A DNA stretch of 64,000 nucleotides, taken from Octopus sinensis (lineage: Eukaryota). The notes beneath the pieces are model-generated. The model was not told the DNA's origin and did not search any database. It saw only the letters and a list, made by a program, of their open reading frames with translations. Positions 60,640 to 64,000 of this stretch are shown piece by piece (within the stretch, counting starts at the first letter, position 1; each line of letters opens with the position of its first letter). The stretch spans positions 12,152,001 to 12,216,000 of the forward strand of contig NC_043010.1 of NCBI RefSeq assembly GCF_006345805.1. Reading direction: 5' to 3'. A program made the translations under genes and the position numbers.

Positions 60640-60846
60640 TTTATTCTTGGCACAAGGACTGAAAATTTGGGGGAGGGGAATAGTTGATTTCATCAACCCC
60701 AGTGCCCAAATGGTACTTATTTTATTGACCCCGAAAAGCTGAAAGGCAATGTTGGTCTCGGTGGAGTTTAAACTCGGAACATAAAGATGGACAGAATGCC
60801 ACTAAGTATTTTGTCTGACATTCTAATGATTCTGCCAGCTCACCTC
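60640..60846 (-). mobile_element. SINE family 1, degenerate
   Basis: Similarity to other copies. Confidence 0.65.
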
Positions 60847-60879
60847 CTTGTTAGCAGTACTAATAATGGCATCCATATA

Positions 60880-61195
60880 TCATCATCATCATCGTTTAAC
60901 GTTCGTTTTCCATGCTAGCATGGGTTGGACGGTTCAACTGGGGTCTGGGAAGCCAGGAGGCTGCACCAGGCTCCAGTCTGACCTGGCAGTGTTTCTACAG
61001 CTGGATGCCCTTCCTAACACCAACCACTCCATGAGTGTAGTGGGTGCTTTTTACATGCCACTGGCACAGATGCCAGGCGAGGCTGGCAAATGGTCACGAT
61101 CGGATGGTGCTTTTTACGTGCCACTAGCACGGAAGCCAGTCGGGGCGGCACTGGCGATGGCCACGTTCGGATGATTCTCTTATGTGCCACTGGTT
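60880..61195 (-). mobile_element. RTE 3'-tail-derived element
   Basis: Shared 3' end. Confidence 0.8.
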
Positions 61196-61844
61196 GATGA
61201 TAGGAAAGGGTAGCCAGCCTTAAAAACTTTATCAAAACTAAAACATATGAAAGAGACCATGGTCTTCTGATCTGTTTTTGAGAGCAGGGGCTCCAAAGAA
61301 GTGACTCGGACTGTGATAACCTGATCAGTCCATGCTAGCATGGAAAGCAAACATAAAAGGATATAATGGATGGCAAGGTTTATGATATTGGGAGAATATC
61401 CCCTTCTTCCATTATCTCTTTTTGTTCTTCATGTAGTTTAGGCTTCGGCAGGTGAAGAGAGAAGACTTCAAGTACAAATGCAATTTACACCTGGTTTTAT
61501 TTACAGGGTTCACAGAACAGGTGAAGTGTGCTGCTCTCAGCAACCATCTTTAGCTGTGTGCATTGTGTAGTAGCTCTGTTAGTGCGGGCACATTGTCTCT
61601 GGAGGTGCAACATACAGACTGGCCCAGCCAGTGAAGTGTGCTCAGCAAGCGCTGCTGCTAAGAGGCAGCAAAAGAGGAGGAATCTCAATCTGTTTTGCCC
61701 TTATATACAGTTTGCCATCGCGAGCCTCGTTGTGATCTCACGTACGGCAAATGGATGCAGGTGAAGTCTCGCTCCAGTCTTGGAGATGGCAATGGGTGCC
61801 GCGAGATCTCATCTAATACAGCACTGACTGCTTGTGCCGCTAAA

Positions 61845-61960
61845 ATGACAATGATGACAGTAGCAGCAGCAGCGATGATGATGATGATGATGATGGTGAT
61901 GGTGATGGTGGTGGTGGTGTTGGTGATGATGATGATGATGATGGCAGTGGTGATGAAGTG
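61845..61960. repeat. (GAT/GGT)n microsatellite
   Basis: Seen directly. Confidence 0.9.
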
Positions 61961-62709
61961 AAAGTATTCTGTATTTAATTATCATTTTTAATTTATAAAT
62001 ATTTCTGTTTTAATTAATAATTTAATTTTAATTTTAATTAATTATCAGTAAAGCTCTAAAAAAATACACAGCATTGTTCAGTTGAGATTCAGTTGTATTA
62101 AAAAGAAAAATGTCAAAAAGATTTTATTTTAATTAATATTTCAATTTTCATTAACTTTAAAATCATTTACTTATTACTGTAGATTCAAGTCAATCTTTTT
62201 AAAACCTATTATTAGTAGGATTTTTAAAATCCATTTCTATGACGATAAAATAAAAATAACTTATTGTTTACCAAAAATTTTAATGAAGTAGTTTAGAGAA
62301 TGCATTGCAAGGGCAACAACTTAGTGTTTTGAAAGAAGCAAAACAAGATGGAATTTTGTAATAAATTGAAAATTAAAACAAACGTTATTTAGAAGAGAAA
62401 TGGAGCATTTAATAAGCCAAAAATTTAGTAAATGGTCAAACAGTAACTAGGTTAAAGGTTAGACTAGATATATTATTCATTTATTCTTTTGCTTGTTTCA
62501 GTCATTTGACTTGCGGCCATGCTGGAGCATTGCCTTCAAGGGTTTCAGCCAGACAAATTAACCTGTAGACTCATTTTTTTTTACTTATTCTATCAGTAAC
62601 TTTTGCTGAACTACCAAGTTACAGAGATGTAAACACACCAACACCAGTTGCCAAGCTGTGATGGGGATGGGGACAAACAGAGACAAAGACAGACAGACAC
62701 ATAAATATA

Positions 62710-62746
<37 letters not shown>

Positions 62747-63275
62747 ATGGAAACAGTAGTTGTGATACCTGTGCCGGTGACACATAAAAAGCACCATCCG
62801 AACGTGGCCGTTGCCAGTGCAGCCTCCACTGGCTTCTGTGCCGGTGGCACATAAAAAGCACCATCCGAACGTGACCGATGCCAACCCCGCCTCGAATGGC
62901 TTCTGTGCCGGTGGCACATAAAAAGCAACATCCGAACGTGGCCGATGCCAGCACCACCTTGACTGGCTTCTGTGCCGGTGGCACATAAAAAAAAAAAGCA
63001 CCACGAACGTGGCCGATGCCAGACCGCTCTGGCACTGTACAGGTGGCACAAAAAAGCACCAACTGACCGTGGCCGTTGCCAGCCCGCTGGCACCTTACAG
63101 GTGGCACGTAAAAAGCACCCACACTCGCGAGTGGTGGCCGTTGAAGCCATCCTCTGTACCTGCCAGATCAGCTGGAGCCTGGGGCAGCCCCTGGCTCCCC
63201 AGACCCTGGTCGAACGTCCAACCCGTGCTAGCACGAAACGGACGTTAACATGAGATGAATGATGATATGATATAT
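62747..63275 (+). mobile_element. RTE 3'-tail element with expanded ~50-60-bp tandem subunits, inserted in the microsatellite of an older family 2 SINE (62480-63475, minus strand)
   Basis: Repeated gtgccggtggcacataaaaagcaccatccgaacgtggccg units, then the RTE 3' end. Confidence 0.75.
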
Positions 63276-63842
63276 ATATATATATATATATATAAGTATA
63301 TATACACACACACACATACATGATAGGCTTCTTTCAGTTTCTGTATACTAAATTCACTCATAAGGGTTTCAGTGGCCTGAGGCTAAAGTAGAGGACACTT
63401 GTCCGAGGTGCCACACAGTTGGACTATACCCAGAATCATGTGGTTAGGAAGCAAGCTTCTTACCACACATCCACATTAAATGATATTCAAGTCTAAGTTC
63501 TGAATTTATCAGATGGTACGGTACGTGTTCTAAGAAAGAGCTTTGCCAATATATGGAATATAATTTATCAAAAGAAGCCATTACTGTTAGTTAAAATGAA
63601 TTTTATGTTAAAAGTATTTTCTATAGTTAGAAGAAATTGAAGATTAGTTGAAATTTATTTGTGACTAGATGTGGGGATGAAAAAGTGTCCGTAAATTATT
63701 TGCAATTTAGTAATATATTTCATTTGAAAATTCTTGTTATTCTAAAACTTTTGTGTCTGCTGGACTTGGTTACTTGATTGTAACAGTATCAGAGGTGCAA
63801 AGCTGAAAATGCTTTACATATGTGTATGTGCGTGTATAGACA

Positions 63843-64000
63843 TAGGCATGTCTGTGTGGTAAGAAGCTTGCTTCCCAACCACATGGTTCCAGGCTTCAGT
63901 CCCACTGCATGGCAACTTGGGGCAAGTGTCTTCTACTATAGCCTCAGGCTGACCAAAGCATTGTGACCAAAGCATTGTAACACAAACTGAAAGAAGCCCA
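63843..64000 (+). mobile_element. SINE family 2, 5' part (runs off the window)
   Basis: Similarity to other copies. Confidence 0.75.

Overview
AT-rich, repeat-saturated animal genomic DNA. The SINE, RTE-LINE and MITE families match what I recognise from Octopus (coleoid cephalopod); the species is inferred, not verified. There are no prokaryotic features. Most of the window is interspersed repeat: ~45 SINE copies of three families, a near full-length RTE LINE at 11.7-15.4 kb, CR1/Tx1/Penelope fragments, Helitrons, hAT/piggyBac/Tc1/pogo derivatives and microsatellites. The main finding is a tandem cluster on the minus strand of three intact, two-exon genes encoding 328-329 aa proteins derived from Merlin (IS1595/IS1016-family) transposase. 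Gene A = 29877-29187 + 20775-20477; gene B = 45977-45287 + 41747-41452; gene C = 53868-53178 + 51143-50848. The ORF track shows only exon 1 of each gene; I found the exon 2s by hand. All three have a 691-nt first exon, the same phase-1 intron (CAG|GTATGA ... TTACAG|GC), no TIR/TSD that I could find, altered catalytic motifs, a purifying-selection signature and a shared upstream dyad motif. A decayed fourth copy lies at ~38 kb. Several MITE families with GG-terminal TIRs and 8-9 bp TSDs (Merlin-like) sit in and around the cluster. This looks like a domesticated, tandemly expanded Merlin-derived gene family. Repeat boundaries are approximate unless a TSD or TIR is quoted.
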